Positions 1-13,578 of a stretch of DNA of 48,012 nucleotides are shown here, piece after piece. The stretch's first letter is position 1, and each line of letters begins with the position of its first letter. The stretch comes from Atractiella rhizophila. Taxonomy: Eukaryota. The notes beneath the pieces are model-generated. The model was not told where the DNA came from and did not search any database. It worked only from the letters and a program-made list of their open reading frames with translations. The translations under genes were made by a program, and so were the position numbers. The stretch is from the NCBI GenBank assembly GCA_021432655.1, contig MU271308.1:50179-98190 (forward strand). The letters run 5' to 3'.

Positions 1-1944
1 CTGTGGAAGAACCAGGCGTCTTCTTCTGGAGGAGGAAGTGGAGGAAACAGCGACCCTTTCCTCTTATCTGATCTTCCACAAGGCATGGAGAACCTCGATT
101 GCACGTTCCCAACACCTCATAGCAATGCCTTGATTGATTTGGACGGCGATTGTCTCGCTGGTTAGTCCTTTCCATGCCGTCCCTTCATTACTTTAGACTT
201 TCGAGTGGGCTCATGAATGTGGGACGTAGATTTGTTCCTCATGTGTCAAGGCCCGAGTGAGGAGGAAAAGACGTATCAGATTTGGTTGAACGATCGTACC
301 GGAGGATGGAAGCTGGGCAGGCAGGGCGATTTGCCGAAGGGCACGAAGCAGGTAGCGTTTGGGGATATGGGTTTGTTCTCGCCTTCCCACCTTGTTCTCA
401 CTGCTGAGGGTGGAAGTAGATAGGGACGGGACCATGGATATGATCATCACCGCCTGTCCCAGCGGGACGGAAGTCGGTGGATGTCAATTGATAACCTCTC
501 ATAACGTCCAAATTCCGCTCTGTTCCTCCACTTCATCTTCCCCAACAACCAAATGTCGGGACCTCTCCAACCTCTGCGTCCCCGACCCAGACTTCAACTT
601 TGACTTCTCCCCCACTTCTAAAACCACAATCGCCTATTCTATACCCTCTATCCTCCCTCAACGACCTCACCTCATTCATTCAGCTGCACCAAACACCTTC
701 TATCCCTCCTCCAACGACCTTCCCATCCACATCAAACTCGGAGATTTCAACCTCGACGGATTCCCGGACCTCCTCATCTTGACAGCTCGGACGGAGGATG
801 GCGCGAGGAATGGGTTAGGGAGCGTGACTATTTTGGAGAATAGGGAGTGTGGACATGGGGTTGAGTGTGGGAGGACGGGAGAGGGAAAGAAGGGAAAGAG
901 GGGATGGGCTCCGGTTAAGGGAACGGAGGTGAAGCCGTTGGAGGAGAGGGAGGATGTGAGGGGAATGGGATGGGTGGATTTGGATGAGGATGTATGTCTT
1001 CACTCTCTTCTTTTCCGTGGCTTGATTGTTCGTGAGGAAATTGATGTGTCTTTTGCGTGGATGGGTAGGGAAGTCTCGACATTTATTTGCTGAGGGAGGG
1101 GTCTCAAGGTGGTGCATCGAGGAAGGTGGAGTTTTTGAAGAACAACTTCTTTCACGACGCCTTTTTCCTAAAATCTCTGGGTCAGTCCTCTACCTTGCTC
1201 TTCTTCTCGTTCAGCTGAAAGTGTTTATGGTATAGTGCTCAATGATGCCTGTCAAGGATATTGCGAGCCGAAGGGAGAGAAGAAGTATCGGGTATGCATT
1301 TCATCACATTACGGAGGTACAGAAGTGACGCGAATTGATACTTAGCCATACGGAGTGTCCTATAGCGGAGCCTCCTACAAGTTCACCATCCTCGACCCCG
1401 CTGGGAACCGTCGCGCTGCCCACGGTTCGTTTCTTCCTCCCCACCTCTCCATCTCATGTTGACGTTGACGACTTTGGAATGTAAGTTGGCCAACTCCCTC
1501 AGTCGTCCTATCTTTCCCTCCTGACGCCATACTCCTACTTTGGCCTCGGGCGGACCAACAACTACGTGGAGTCCCTGTTTGTGGGAACGACGTTGAAGAG
1601 CAATGTGTCGTCTTTCGCCCACTTTACTAACATCGAAGGCGTCATTCCAAACTCTCAGTTGGTCGTGCAACCCAACAGGGACGGCGGATGGCATAAAGAA
1701 CTGTATTTGAGACCTGGCGATTGGGTCTTTTGGGTCATCGTAGGCATTGTCGGTGCCATGGTGCTACTTGGCGCGTTGGTTTTTGCCCTGAATTTGAAAG
1801 AGAAGGTATGGCGTTCCATCCATCTATTTGACGTGTGTCGTGCGAGTGGAGGAAGATGCTGATTGTGTTTGGGCTGTTTGACAGAGAGAGGACGAGAATG
1901 AGAAGCGGAGAAGGTTGCATTCGATCAATTTCGCTGCGCTTTGA
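1..1944 (+). CDS. ITFG1/LINKIN (T-cell immunomodulatory protein)-like FG-GAP repeat membrane protein, 5'-partial, multi-exon
   Basis: Repeated FG-GAP/Ca-binding motifs (DLDGDCLAD, DMDRDGTMD, GDFNLDGFPDLL, DLDEDG), then LPQSSYLSLLTPYSYFGLGRTNNYVE, IPNSQLVV, a C-terminal TM helix, and the tail EKRRRLHSINFAAL* with stop at 1942-1944. Several GT-AG introns. Confidence 0.85.
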
Positions 1945-2367
1945 GTCCAACCATTGATTCGTCCATGCATCGGCCTGCATTAACATCATTCCTCGGAGCT
2001 AGAGATCACATCGCAGAAGTGTGCAGGCAGGAATGGAGGAAGAAGGAAGGATGTGGGCAGGATGGAACATGTGGAAGACAAGGTGTCAAGTGGCTGACTC
2101 TGTTGACAACTTGACAACACTGTTGATGGAGGAGGTCGGAACGATCGGAGCCTGTCAACGAGAATTTGTCGAGAATCCTGTCAAGCGTCTCTATGCAGTC
2201 ATTTAGTTGATCAATTTATTATTTCTACGCCAATTCGTGCTTGCCCCAAAAAATTCGCTGTTGCCCCCGTCCTTCTTCACTTTAGCGACCACCAACCGCT
2301 CTCGGCAAGCTCCTCGCTCACACCCAACAGTAGGAGGAGTCAACTCAGGCTCATTGGGACTGGCACA

Positions 2368-5300
2368 ATGTACCGGTTCAGGCGGAAGGACAAGAAGGCA
2401 TCCCCAGCTGCCAATGTCCAACCTGGCACGCAAGGCAACAACGCTTCGGTCTTGAACAACTTTTTCAATGCCTCTCCACAGACGAATGGGAGCCTGAATG
2501 GGAATGGGAATGCAAACGGGAGGGGCAGTGGAGGGACTGCGAAGAGGGACGGTAGACATGCTGCTGGAGGCGGGGGATTTGAACCGTTGAACCTACCGGA
2601 TTCGAGCGATTTCAGGACTAGCTTGGTCAGTCATCTTCTTTCCGATCTCTTTCTGGGACAGAGGTGTTGAGAGGTGTTGTGTTGGGATGCTAGATACTAC
2701 CCCATCTAACGAAACGGTTTACGCTCTTGAGAGCCGAGGATGGGAGCTTGGTTAGCTTGGATACGATGCAGCGACTGCTCAAGTGCGTTGTTGTCTGTTT
2801 GGATTTGAGGCTGGGAGACATGCTGAACGTTCTGGTTGGGATAGGGCGAAGAGAGAGACTGGTCAGCTGTCCGCATTGGAGGAGAACCTCGTGCTAGCCC
2901 AATATCGTTTGCAACGGGAACAAGAAGACTCGATGCGCAAACAACATGCATTCCCCTCCTCTAACAGTAACAGTAACAGTAAGACCAACACGAATTCACC
3001 GCCCTCTACATCGCTCCTCCCTCCTTTCAGTTTCTCTCCCATCTCAGAAGAGCTCGAGCCTCAGTCGGCCGCCACGACTTACTTTCGAGACGTGCCTACG
3101 CCGGTAAGCGCAAAGAGCTTCGCATCCTTTAGACCGAGTGGAGGGGGAGGTAGTAGATTTGGAGGAGGGGAGAGAGATGCGAACTATGTCAGAAAGGTTA
3201 CGAAAAGTCTGAGTGGGAGGAGCACGAGCGAGTGGAGTGAGAATGGGGAAGGAGAGAAGGAGAAAGGGAAAGAGAAGCAAGAGACTAGACTATCGTCTCA
3301 TTCCACCGGAATGTCGTCCAATGGAACTGTTGATAGGGATGGACCGGATGTTCCTCCTCCACTTCCCCTTCCTGCGGTCCGGATCGAGGATTCGGGTTCG
3401 GAGGATGAGTTTGTGGAATCAGAGGATGACGAAGACGATACACAAGAGATGGAGAATTTGAAACAGACTATGTCTCAGCTGACCGGAGCGAAAGTAGATT
3501 CCTTACCTCCCTCTCTGCCCTCCTTACAAGTCAACCGAATATCTCGAATCCTAATGGACATCGAAAGCGACCTCTCCAAAACTCACAAACGCATCGACTC
3601 GGAATTCTCCATCAAATCCGGTTCTGGCTCTGGCGGTTCTGGCGCATCCATGGGCAGCATTGGGAGCTTGCACGAGTTCAAACAGTCCTTCGAGCTCGCC
3701 AACCCACCACGAAAGTCGGAAAGCACTGTGAGGTCGATACATTCCGCCTCTACCTCTTCTCCCGACCCCAAGGACGATGATAGCGACGACCCGTTCGCCC
3801 ATCATCCTGGCACGACCCCATTGAAGAAATCGACCGTCAACCGCTCGAGAACGGTTTCGCCCCTGAGTAATTTAGCTAGCGAGTTCGCCCAATACCAAAT
3901 TTCAGCAGCGATGGAGGTTGAGATGCCGAAACTGGCGTCTCCCATCCGCTCCACCTTTGATGTGGACGAAGACGAGGACGAAGCAAAGGATACCATGCCC
4001 GAACCTAAATTCTACTTCTCTCCATCTGTCGTGGACAACGCTTCTCCCGCCGACTCACCTGCCTCATTCGACTCCACCCTCCCTCTCGTTGCCCGCTCCG
4101 GTTCCATCCCCGCTCCTGGGGCGCCGTCTCGCAACGGATCCGTCTCTCAGATCCTTGATGGCAGCAGCAGTGGACACGTGAGAATGTCAATTGCGAATTC
4201 GATCCAGAGTGGCCATTCTGGACTCACCATAACGACGGACGAATCACACATCGGTCATGTGGCCAGCTCGTTCCCTCTGGTGCCTTTGAGGAATGGAAAG
4301 GGTGCTTTAGGCTTGGGTATTGGGATAGGCGACCGCGCCAGCGCTGGTGGAGGGAGCGTGAGGACGGAAGGGTCCGGTTCTGTGTCCGCAGGCGATTCTT
4401 CTCCCCATTTGGGAGCTAGTGGTGTCCCTGTTTCGCCACCATCCAATCTCAACCAGTTGAGGGCTAAGGCTATCATGGGCTCGCCTGGGGGAGTGAGCAG
4501 CGATGTGAGCTCGTGTCCAACGAGTCCTATCGATCCCTTGCTTGAGGAGGAGGAGGAGAAAATGGTCAAGGGGCAACAGCCGGAGAGGGAGGTGGAGGCA
4601 AGTGAGGAGGAGAGTAAGACGGCGGATGACCAAGTGATGGATATTGGAAGCCCGATGCAGAGAGGTTTCAGCGGCATTTCGCTCTCTACCCATAAGGTCA
4701 GTTTTGCGTCAACCTTGACTTGGTAAATACCAACTAATTCGATTTGCTCAGGGTGGTCTCCGCCCTGAATCAGCTGCGAGTGCTCCCCCTTTCAATCCGG
4801 ATGAAAACGTGTCGAGTGACGAGGAGGAGGAGTATAAAGGCAATTCCTTTGACCTGGACGAGAGCGATAGAAGCAAGGTGCATTCTCGTGAGCCAACACG
4901 AGGTGCCTCCATTCGCTCCAAAATGTCAGCTGAACGCCTGCGTCAAACGAGCCCAACGCCAACTGCTCTTGGATTGGGGATGGAAGACCTAGCTTACATC
5001 CAGGCATCCCTCGTTCGTTCCGCCAGCAAGAGAGATGCATCTCGAAAAGCTCGAACAACGGCGGGAGGACCTTCTTCTATCGCCTCGTCCGGGGGATCTG
5101 CACCGAACTTGTCTCGGACCGATTCATCGGCATCCAAGGCGTCTAGCGCCGCAAGTCACTTTGGGCTGAAACAAGCGAAGGGGGTTGAGCTGCAGCGAGG
5201 GGCAAGTTTGAGGAGAACTCCTTCGGGCAAAGGCTTTACTACCGTTCAAAGTTTTGTCAACCCCCCTCACGAAGAAGCAGCAGTGGAAGGAATCCAAGCT

Positions 5301-8036
5301 TCTATCATTCACGAGGAATCTCATGAATCTGAAACAGAACAGTTGGATGATTCTGTCACTTCTCCTTCCAGAGCCACTTCGCCAGTCGATTCTCTAGAAT
5401 ACGGACCTGGATCAACGGGTCGATACACCATGCAGTCTTTCAGCTCCGTTGGTGCGATGGAAGGAGCTATAGAAGATGAACGAAGGTTCTCTCCCACCAC
5501 AACGGGTACTCCTTCCTTGGCACATTCAAATTCTGTCAAGAGTACTCCGCGCATCTCTGACTCTTCTCCTTCGTTCCCGCTCACCCCTCCAAATTCCGCT
5601 CCATACGGCGAGCCAGCCAATTGGTCTACAATGCCAGACACTCCAGTGATCAGGGAAACAGGTATGCTCTGCCTGTCATGTTGAAATCCATATTCAACTT
5701 TCTGAATAGACGAGAATGACGAGGAAATTGGTGGCCACAACAAGCAGGGATCTTATGGCTCTACACGGTCGTTCGAGGAGCAGAAGGCGAAGCCTCCTGT
5801 TCCACGTGCGCTCAAACCTTCTGCGTCGGCAGGAAATTTGTTGGACCAAAGTACTACTTCCCAACTTCGTCCTCATCGCCTCGTTCGAGATCCTTCAACG
5901 ACAGCATCCGTTCTCATTCGAAATGTCGCCGCTCAGGCAGAAGCTGCCACAAAGGAGTTAAAGGGTTCTTCCGATGTCGCTACCAGCCCAATAAGCCCCC
6001 AGCGCACCAGGAAGCTCACTCTTACCAAGAAGAAATCTCAAAGGCTCAAGGCGACGATTTCTACTCCTCAGCTCACATCCGCTTCTGCAGATATACCCTC
6101 GATCCCCATCACCCCGAATCAAGAAGCCCCTGTCCCGTTTGTGGAAGCAGACACTCCAACCTCACCAAAAGGACATTCTTTTCCTGATCCCCCACGCATG
6201 CGGAAGCCTTCTGCCGGTTTTGGTTTGCGTTTGAAGATGTTAAAGAGGAAGGATAGTCGTGACAGGCTCGCCTACAATGGTGATGAGATCACGCCTTTCC
6301 CTACCGATCTCACGGATACCTCCCCAATAGAGATTCCTCCTACTCCAGTGATCAATCTCTCTCCGCCACCACCTCAAAATCTCTCACCTACCTCTCCATC
6401 TGTTCCATTCACTCCGTCGACGGACTACACACCACCTACTCCCAATACTCCTCCAACTCCCTCATTGGAGCAAACTGGGAAGCTGAAGGTGCTCATGTCT
6501 CGTCTCCGTCGTCGGAAGACTTCGGAGATTGGTGGGGCGGAAGAAGCACGAGAGTCTTTGCAAACCCTTGGGGTGAGCACGCCCGGGACACCGTACTTCA
6601 GCGTCCCGAATACTCCGTCCCTTCCGAGCATGCCTAGTACTCCAGGTTCTTCGTCGACTTCGAATCTCACTCCTGAGAGCTCGCGAGCGCCGACGCTCTA
6701 CGAGCAGTTCAGGAGGCGCCCCGAAGCAGACATCCTACCCTCTTCTTCCTCGACCATATCCTCTGTACATCCCAATGATCCTCGACTTCCAAGGTCGCGT
6801 AGAACTTCTGATGCTTCCCAGAACACCGTTAGCACTGTGCAGAAATCTCCCACCACCACCTCAGACTCCATGCAAGCTCTTTGGGAAGCCGCCGCCATTG
6901 GTGATGCAAAACCTACTGAAATATCGCCGGATCCGACAACGGAGGAGAGTGCGGATGAGCCAGCGCTGGACGAAGAAGCCCATGCGGATCGTGCCACTGT
7001 GCGTTCGTCCATTGAGACGAATCGGCAACGCGCGTCAGTGGCTGCATCGGTTGCGTCGACGGTCCAGAAGAAGAGGCTCTCGCGTTCGTCATCCGCAGGT
7101 GGGCATTACAGGACACCGAGTACAGCATCATCTATCCTACGTCGGAACAGCGTTGGCTCTACCGGTCACCGATCAATTCAAGAACGGCCTCCTACGCCTC
7201 CTGCTGGCGTGCATGAACACAAGCGCCATATGTCAGAGGATGCGGATGCTGAACCCGTTCCTAGACTTCCTCTCCCTCTGCGACTCTCCCGCATTCGAAA
7301 TTCCGAGTTCTTATCCACTGACCCCATGGCTTCTGATCAACTCGCTCCTCCATCGCCTGGCGGCAGATCTGTTCGCTCATCACGTACGGCATCCTATGCC
7401 GCTTTCTTTGACGATTACTATTACGATGATGACGAGGAGATGGATCCTGAAACTCCGGTTCCTCCAATACCTGATAGCATGACGGAGGATGCTGAAAAGC
7501 AACCATTAGAGTCTTCGTCCCCAGTTCCTTCAGCCGAACCGTTACCTTCAGCTCCGACTCCTCCGCCTGAAGAAGTACCACCACTCGCGGGACTTCGACA
7601 AATGAGGATGTCTCGCGCAAGGATGTCGAGGATGAATTCCACGAATTCTACTACTTCGGGTGACAAGGGAGAGGACGGCGAGGATCTCTGGAACATGATC
7701 TCAGAGCTTCGTAGACCGAGCGTCGTTTCTATGTCTTTCCACTCGAGGAGCTCCAGTGGGGACAGCAACTACGGCTCCACTCCTTTACCTTCAGGACCTG
7801 GACTATCTAACTATACGGCTCAAGAGCTCAGGATCCACAGGAGACAGAAGTCGAATGCCTCCCAGAAGAGCGACGGGAGTCTGAATCGTTCCAACTCTTT
7901 CGGGAGGAAGGATAGCCTACGGCTTGGGAATAGGCCGAAGAGGACGCATTCGCTCAGGCGTGGGGAACAGACAACTTCTCCCCCTCCCGCCTCATCCTCG
8001 AAGCCGAAGCTTTTTGGAGTTCCCGAGTATTATTGA
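2368..8036 (+). CDS. Large low-complexity Ser/Pro-rich hypothetical protein (full-length copy)
   Basis: ATG at 2368 (MYRFRRKDKK). Long ORFs 2783-4726, 4809-5684 and 5838-8036 can be joined by short GT-AG introns (~2626-2692, ~2784-2844, ~4697-4751, ~5662-5709). No catalytic domain recognised. Confidence 0.7.
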
Positions 8037-8106
8037 TTGTTCTTAGACTATTGCCTCCATACGCATTCCGTTTATTTGTCCCACTTTTATCCTTGCAAAC
8101 AACTTA

Positions 8107-8127
8107 ATCCATCCATCCATCCATCCA
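8107..8127 (+). repeat. (ATCC)n microsatellite in the 3' region, one unit shorter in the second copy (~11393-11410)
   Basis: atccatccatccatccatccat in copy 1 versus atccatccatccatccat in copy 2. Confidence 0.85.
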
Positions 8128-8550
8128 TGACTCTAACACACTTGTCGAAATCCCGAATACCGTCGTGAATATCCTTAACGTATCCTGTATTTTAATTGGC
8201 GTCACTCGGCTCTTACTTGTTTTGCTACCTTTGAGTTTTCCTATGAGTTACACTTAAATCGTTTGATTGGTGTTGGTGACACCTTGCTCTTGCCCTTCGA
8301 ATTGTTGAGCTCTGCTTCGAAATTCTTGCGTAATGGGTAGGTGATGAATACTATGCAGAAGAAGAATGAATATGAATATCTTATCGCCACAATCCTCGTC
8401 GAGAAACAAGACATGAGTTGACGACAATGAATAAAGAAGAGGAGAAAAAAGGTTGTCACTGAGCTCGATTGAAGGGTTAAGAGAAGGGACGATGAAGACG
8501 GACAAAAGTAGAAAATGGAATGAAAACAACAACCCTTCAGGCTGCCTGGA

Positions 8551-11322
8551 CCTCACGAAGAAGCAGCAGTGGAAGGAATCCAAGCTTCTGTCATTCACGA
8601 GGAATCTCATGATTCTGAAACAGAACAGTTGGATGATTCTGTCACTTCCCCTTCCAGAGCCACTTCACCAGTCGATTCTCTGGAATACGGACCTGGATCA
8701 ACAGGTCGATACACCATGCAGTCTTTCAGCTCCGTTGGTGCGATGGAAGGAGCTATAGAAGATGAACGAAGGTTCTCTCCCACCACAACGGGTACTCCTT
8801 CCTTGGCACATTCAAATTCTGTCAAGAGTACTCCGCGCATCTCTGACTCTTCTCCTTCGTTCCCGCTCACCCCTCCAAATTCCGCTCCATACGGCGAGCC
8901 AGCCATTTGGTCTACAATGCCAGACACTCCAGTGATCAGGGAAACAGGTATGCTCTGCCTCTCATGTTGGAATCCATATTCAACTTTCTGAACAGACGAG
9001 AATGACGAGGAAATTGGTGGCCACAACAAGCAGGGATCTTATGGCTCTACACGGTCGTTCGAGGAGCAGAAGGCGAAGCCTCCTGTTCCACGTGCGCTCA
9101 AACCTTCTGCGTCGGCAGGAAATTTGTTGGACCAAAGTACGACCTCCCAACTCCGTCCTCATCGCCTCGTTCGAGATCCTTCAACGACAGCATCCGTTCT
9201 CATTCGAAATGTCGCCGCTCAGGCAGAAGCTGCCACAAAGGAGTTAAAGGGTTCTTCCGATGTCGCTACCAGCCCAATAAGCCCCCAGCGCACCAGGAAG
9301 CTCACTCTTACCAAGAAGAAATCTCAAAGGCTCAAGGCGACGATTTCTACTCCTCAGCTCACATCCGCTTCTGCAGATATACCCTCGATCCCCATCACCC
9401 CGAATCAAGAAGCCCCTGTCCCGTTTGTGGAAGCAGACACTCCAACCTCACCAAAAGGACATTCTTTTCCTGATCCCCCACGCATGCGGAAGCCTTCTGC
9501 CGGTTTTGGTTTGCGTTTGAAGATGTTAAAGAGGAAGGATAGTCGTGACAGGCTCGCCTACAATGGTGATGAGATCACGCCTTTCCCTACCGATCTCACG
9601 GATACCTCCCCAATAGAGATTCCTCCTACTCCAGTGATCAATCTCTCTCCGCCACCACCTCAAAATCTCTCACCTACCTCTCCATCTGTTCCATTCACTC
9701 CGTCGACGGACTACACACCACCTACTCCCAATACTCCTCCAACTCCCTCATTGGAGCAAACTGGGAAGCTGAAGGTGCTCATGTCTCGTCTCCGTCGTCG
9801 GAAGACTTCGGAGATTGGTGGGGCGGAAGAAGCACGAGAGTCTTTGCAAACCCTTGGGGTGAGCACGCCCGGGACACCGTACTTCAGCGTCCCGAATACT
9901 CCGTCCCTTCCGAGCATGCCTAGTACTCCAGGTTCTTCGTCGACTTCGAATCTCACTCCTGAGAGCTCGCGAGCGCCGACGCTCTACGAGCAGTTCAGGA
10001 GGCGCCCCGAAGCAGACATCCTACCCTCTTCTTCCTCGACCATATCCTCTGTACATCCCAATGATCCTCGACTTCCAAGGTCGCGTAGAACTTCTGATGC
10101 TTCCCAGAACACCGTTAGCACTGTGCAGAAATCTCCCACCACCACCTCAGACTCCATGCAAGCTCTTTGGGAAGCCGCCGCCATTGGTGATGCAAAACCT
10201 ACTGAAATATCGCCGGATCCGACAACGGAGGAGAGTGCGGATGAGCCAGCGCTGGACGAAGAAGCCCATGCGGATCGTGCCACTGTGCGTTCGTCCATTG
10301 AGACGAATCGGCAACGCGCGTCAGTGGCTGCATCGGTTGCGTCGACGGTCCAGAAGAAGAGGCTCTCGCGTTCGTCATCCGCAGGTGGGCATTACAGGAC
10401 ACCGAGTACAGCATCATCTATCCTACGTCGGAACAGCGTTGGCTCTACCGGTCACCGATCAATTCAAGAACGGCCTCCTACGCCTCCTGCTGGCGTGCAT
10501 GAACACAAGCGCCATATGTCAGAGGATGCGGATGCTGAACCCGTTCCTAGACTTCCTCTCCCTCTGCGACTCTCCCGCATTCGAAATTCCGAGTTCTTAT
10601 CCACTGACCCCATGGCTTCTGATCAACTCGCTCCTCCATCGCCTGGCGGCAGATCTGTTCGCTCATCACGTACGGCATCCTATGCCGCTTTCTTTGACGA
10701 TTACTATTACGATGATGACGAGGAGATGGATCCTGAAACTCCGGTTCCTCCAATACCTGATAGCATGACGGAGGATGCTGAAAAGCAACCATTAGAGTCT
10801 TCGTCCCCAGTTCCTTCAGCCGAACCGTTACCTTCAGCTCCGACTCCTCCGCCTGAAGAAGTACCACCACTCGCGGGACTTCGACAAATGAGGATGTCTC
10901 GCGCAAGGATGTCGAGGATGAATTCCACGAATTCTACTACTTCGGGTGACAAGGGAGAGGACGGCGAGGATCTCTGGAACATGATCTCAGAGCTTCGTAG
11001 ACCGAGCGTCGTTTCTATGTCTTTCCACTCGAGGAGCTCCAGTGGGGACAGCAACTACGGCTCCACTCCTTTACCTTCAGGACCTGGACTATCTAACTAT
11101 ACGGCTCAAGAGCTCAGGATCCACAGGAGACAGAAGTCGAATGCCTCCCAGAAGAGCGACGGGAGTCTGAATCGTTCCAACTCTTTCGGGAGGAAGGATA
11201 GCCTACGGCTTGGGAATAGGCCGAAGAGGACGCATTCGCTCAGGCGTGGGGAACAGACAACTTCTCCCCCTCCCGCCTCATCCTCGAAGCCGAAGCTTTT
11301 TGGAGTTCCCGAGTATTATTGA
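8551..11322 (+). pseudogene. 5'-truncated second copy (3' half) of the Ser/Pro-rich protein gene; may be the other allele
   Basis: Begins mid-exon at the duplication junction and lacks 2368-5264. The remaining frame is intact. Confidence 0.65.
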
Positions 11323-11971
11323 TTGTTCTTAGACTATTGCCTCCATACGCATTCCGTTTATTTGTCCCACTTTTATCCTTGCAAACAACTTAATCCATCC
11401 ATCCATCCATGACTCTAACACACTTGTCGAAATCCCGAATACCGTCGTGAATATCCTTAACGTATCCTGTATTTTAATTGGCGTCACTCGGCTCCTACTT
11501 GTTTTGCTACCTTTGAGTTTTCCTATGAGTTACACTTAAATCGTTTGATTGGTGTTGGTAACGCCTTGCTCTTGCTCTTCGAATTCTTGAGCTCTGCTTC
11601 GAAATTCTTGCGTAATGGGTAGGTGATGAATACTATGCAGAAGAAGAATGAATATGAATATCTTATCGCCACAATCCTCGTCGAGAAACAAGACATGAGT
11701 TGACGACAATGAATAAAGAAGAGGAGAAAAAAAGTTGTCACTGAGCTCGATTGAAGGGTTAAGAGAAGGGACGATGAAGACGGACAAAAGTAGAAAATGG
11801 AATGAAAACAACAACCCTTCAGGCTGCCTGGCTGGTGCGACTTGACTGACTAAGTATCATACAACTGATAGCTTGAATTTTGACCTTCTTTAGCTGACTT
11901 AAATCGTTTTTGAGACCTGTAGCAAGATATGGGCAAAAGAGTGAAAGACGCTGATGGGGAGCGGGAAAATT

Positions 11972-13427
11972 TCATCGATCTCCTTGGATCTTCCACAGCT
12001 GACGATTGCGCTTCTGCTTCCGGATGACGTTCACGTTCTATGCATCAATTGATCAGATATGGCAGAGGGAGAATAGGGATGGGCTGACAGATGCGGCTCC
12101 ACCGCCGAAAGCGAGGACGACGGTTTCGTCAAATTCTTTGCTATCCGCGATTTTCTTCCTTTGGGCAATACACCTACTCCCAACCGAAACGTAAACAACC
12201 ACACGCCCACACCAATCCATAAAGTAGAGAAGAAAAATTGCGGACCTTTTGGCAAATTCGAATCTCTCCTTATCATTCCCAATCACGAGCTCTGGGCTCT
12301 CTACTGAAGCCTTGAAGACTTCGAAGGGAAGACGAGAATAGATTTGAATGAGGGTGACGAGTCCTCCGGGGTTTGCCGGTTCATCTTCATCTGTCGAAGT
12401 CTCGAAAGCATTCAACTGTCTCGGCAGGACGACCTGGACGTGTTCCAAAAGCTTCTCTCGCATCCTATTCCGTTGGACCCTTCAGCAAGCGGCTAGAAGA
12501 CAGGACTGAGGCAACAAACCTGACTGCGGCTTCCCCATACAAATACAAGGAGCTGCCGTTGGCGTCTTCTTTGTTCAGTTTGGGATGGACGAAGGGGATG
12601 TTGGAACTTCCATTGGTCGGGAAGGTGTAAGGAGGGGGGAGAGTGTGGTCTGGGATTTTGGTGTCTACGAAATCGAACCAGGAGGAGAGAACCTCCGGTG
12701 CGTATGCACTTTGCGACGAGTCAGATTGACGTACATGGATGGGTTGGAAGTAGCAGCATGGGGAAACGTACCGGTCTATCGATTCGAGACACATATCTAG
12801 AGCTTGATGAAACAGATCTTCTAGTCGTAAGAATGTTGCGGCGGCCAAAACACCGCGGGCGTTTTCAGTGTTGATCATGGATGCAGCGTAAGGATTATAG
12901 AGGTGGCTGAGGGCGATGCTTAGGGAATCTGCACCACATCATCATCGTCCGGACTATCAGCACTGACGCATCAAGTAAAGAGAGGTAATGACGCACGCTC
13001 GTCCACATTTCTATCTTCTATGAGAATCTGCAAGTCCGTGCTCGGATGCATCCTCATGGTATTGGCGAGGAAAGGGCTTCTGGAAAGCATGAGACGGTGC
13101 AGTTGGAAGCTGCGCCGAACCGGTCCTGGACTGTTGGAGAGCGAATGGTCCTGAAACTGGACATGGAGGATGCAATCGCTCCATTCTCCCGTCATGAACG
13201 CATTGTGCTACCCCAAGAAGCAACACATCAACAAAGTCCTCTCTCACTTCCCACGGCTGCACAACCGCCATAGAATGAGATTAGAGACGTACCAGAGTCT
13301 GAGCTATGCTGTCGAAGGCGTTGGAGGCGATGTTGGAGGAAAGGGACGATGAGGACGGTACGAGCTCGTGCGTTTCCGCTTCGGCGAGCGCCTGGGCGGG
13401 GGACTTGGGAGTAGTCGCTGCTGCCAT
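11972..13427 (-). CDS. BTB/POZ-domain protein, multi-exon
   Basis: Inferred start MAAATTPKSPAQAL at 13427. BTB-like core GEWSDCILHV...FQLHRLMLSRSPFL...SIALSHLY...NARGVLAAATFL. C-terminus DETVVLAFGG / NVNVIRKQKRNRQLWKIQGDR*, stop at 11972-11974. Confidence 0.75.
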
Positions 13428-13578
13428 TGTGCGTGGGAAGCTGTAAGATGCAGGTGCTCTTGAGACTTGGAAAAGATTCGACCTCGTCGTTTTGGGCTCG
13501 CCAATCGGTAAAAGAGTCTAATTGCATCAACGTGCATCAATGATTCATCAACGTATTGAGTACTGCTGATTGAATTCT

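Larger units (their letters stand above)
5265..11831 (+). repeat. Tandem duplication A: 5265-8549 and 8551-11831
   Basis: Identical 732-aa ORFs at 5838 and 9124. Junction ...GCTGCCTGG-a-CCTCACGAAG. Copies differ by SNPs near both ends and by one ATCC unit. Confidence 0.97.

Noticed and set aside
8241..8610. Short minus-strand ORFs downstream of the Ser/Pro-rich gene (also 11523-11814)
   Set aside because: No recognisable motif, non-ATG starts, one ORF exists only because it crosses the junction, and copy differences do not clearly favour one frame.
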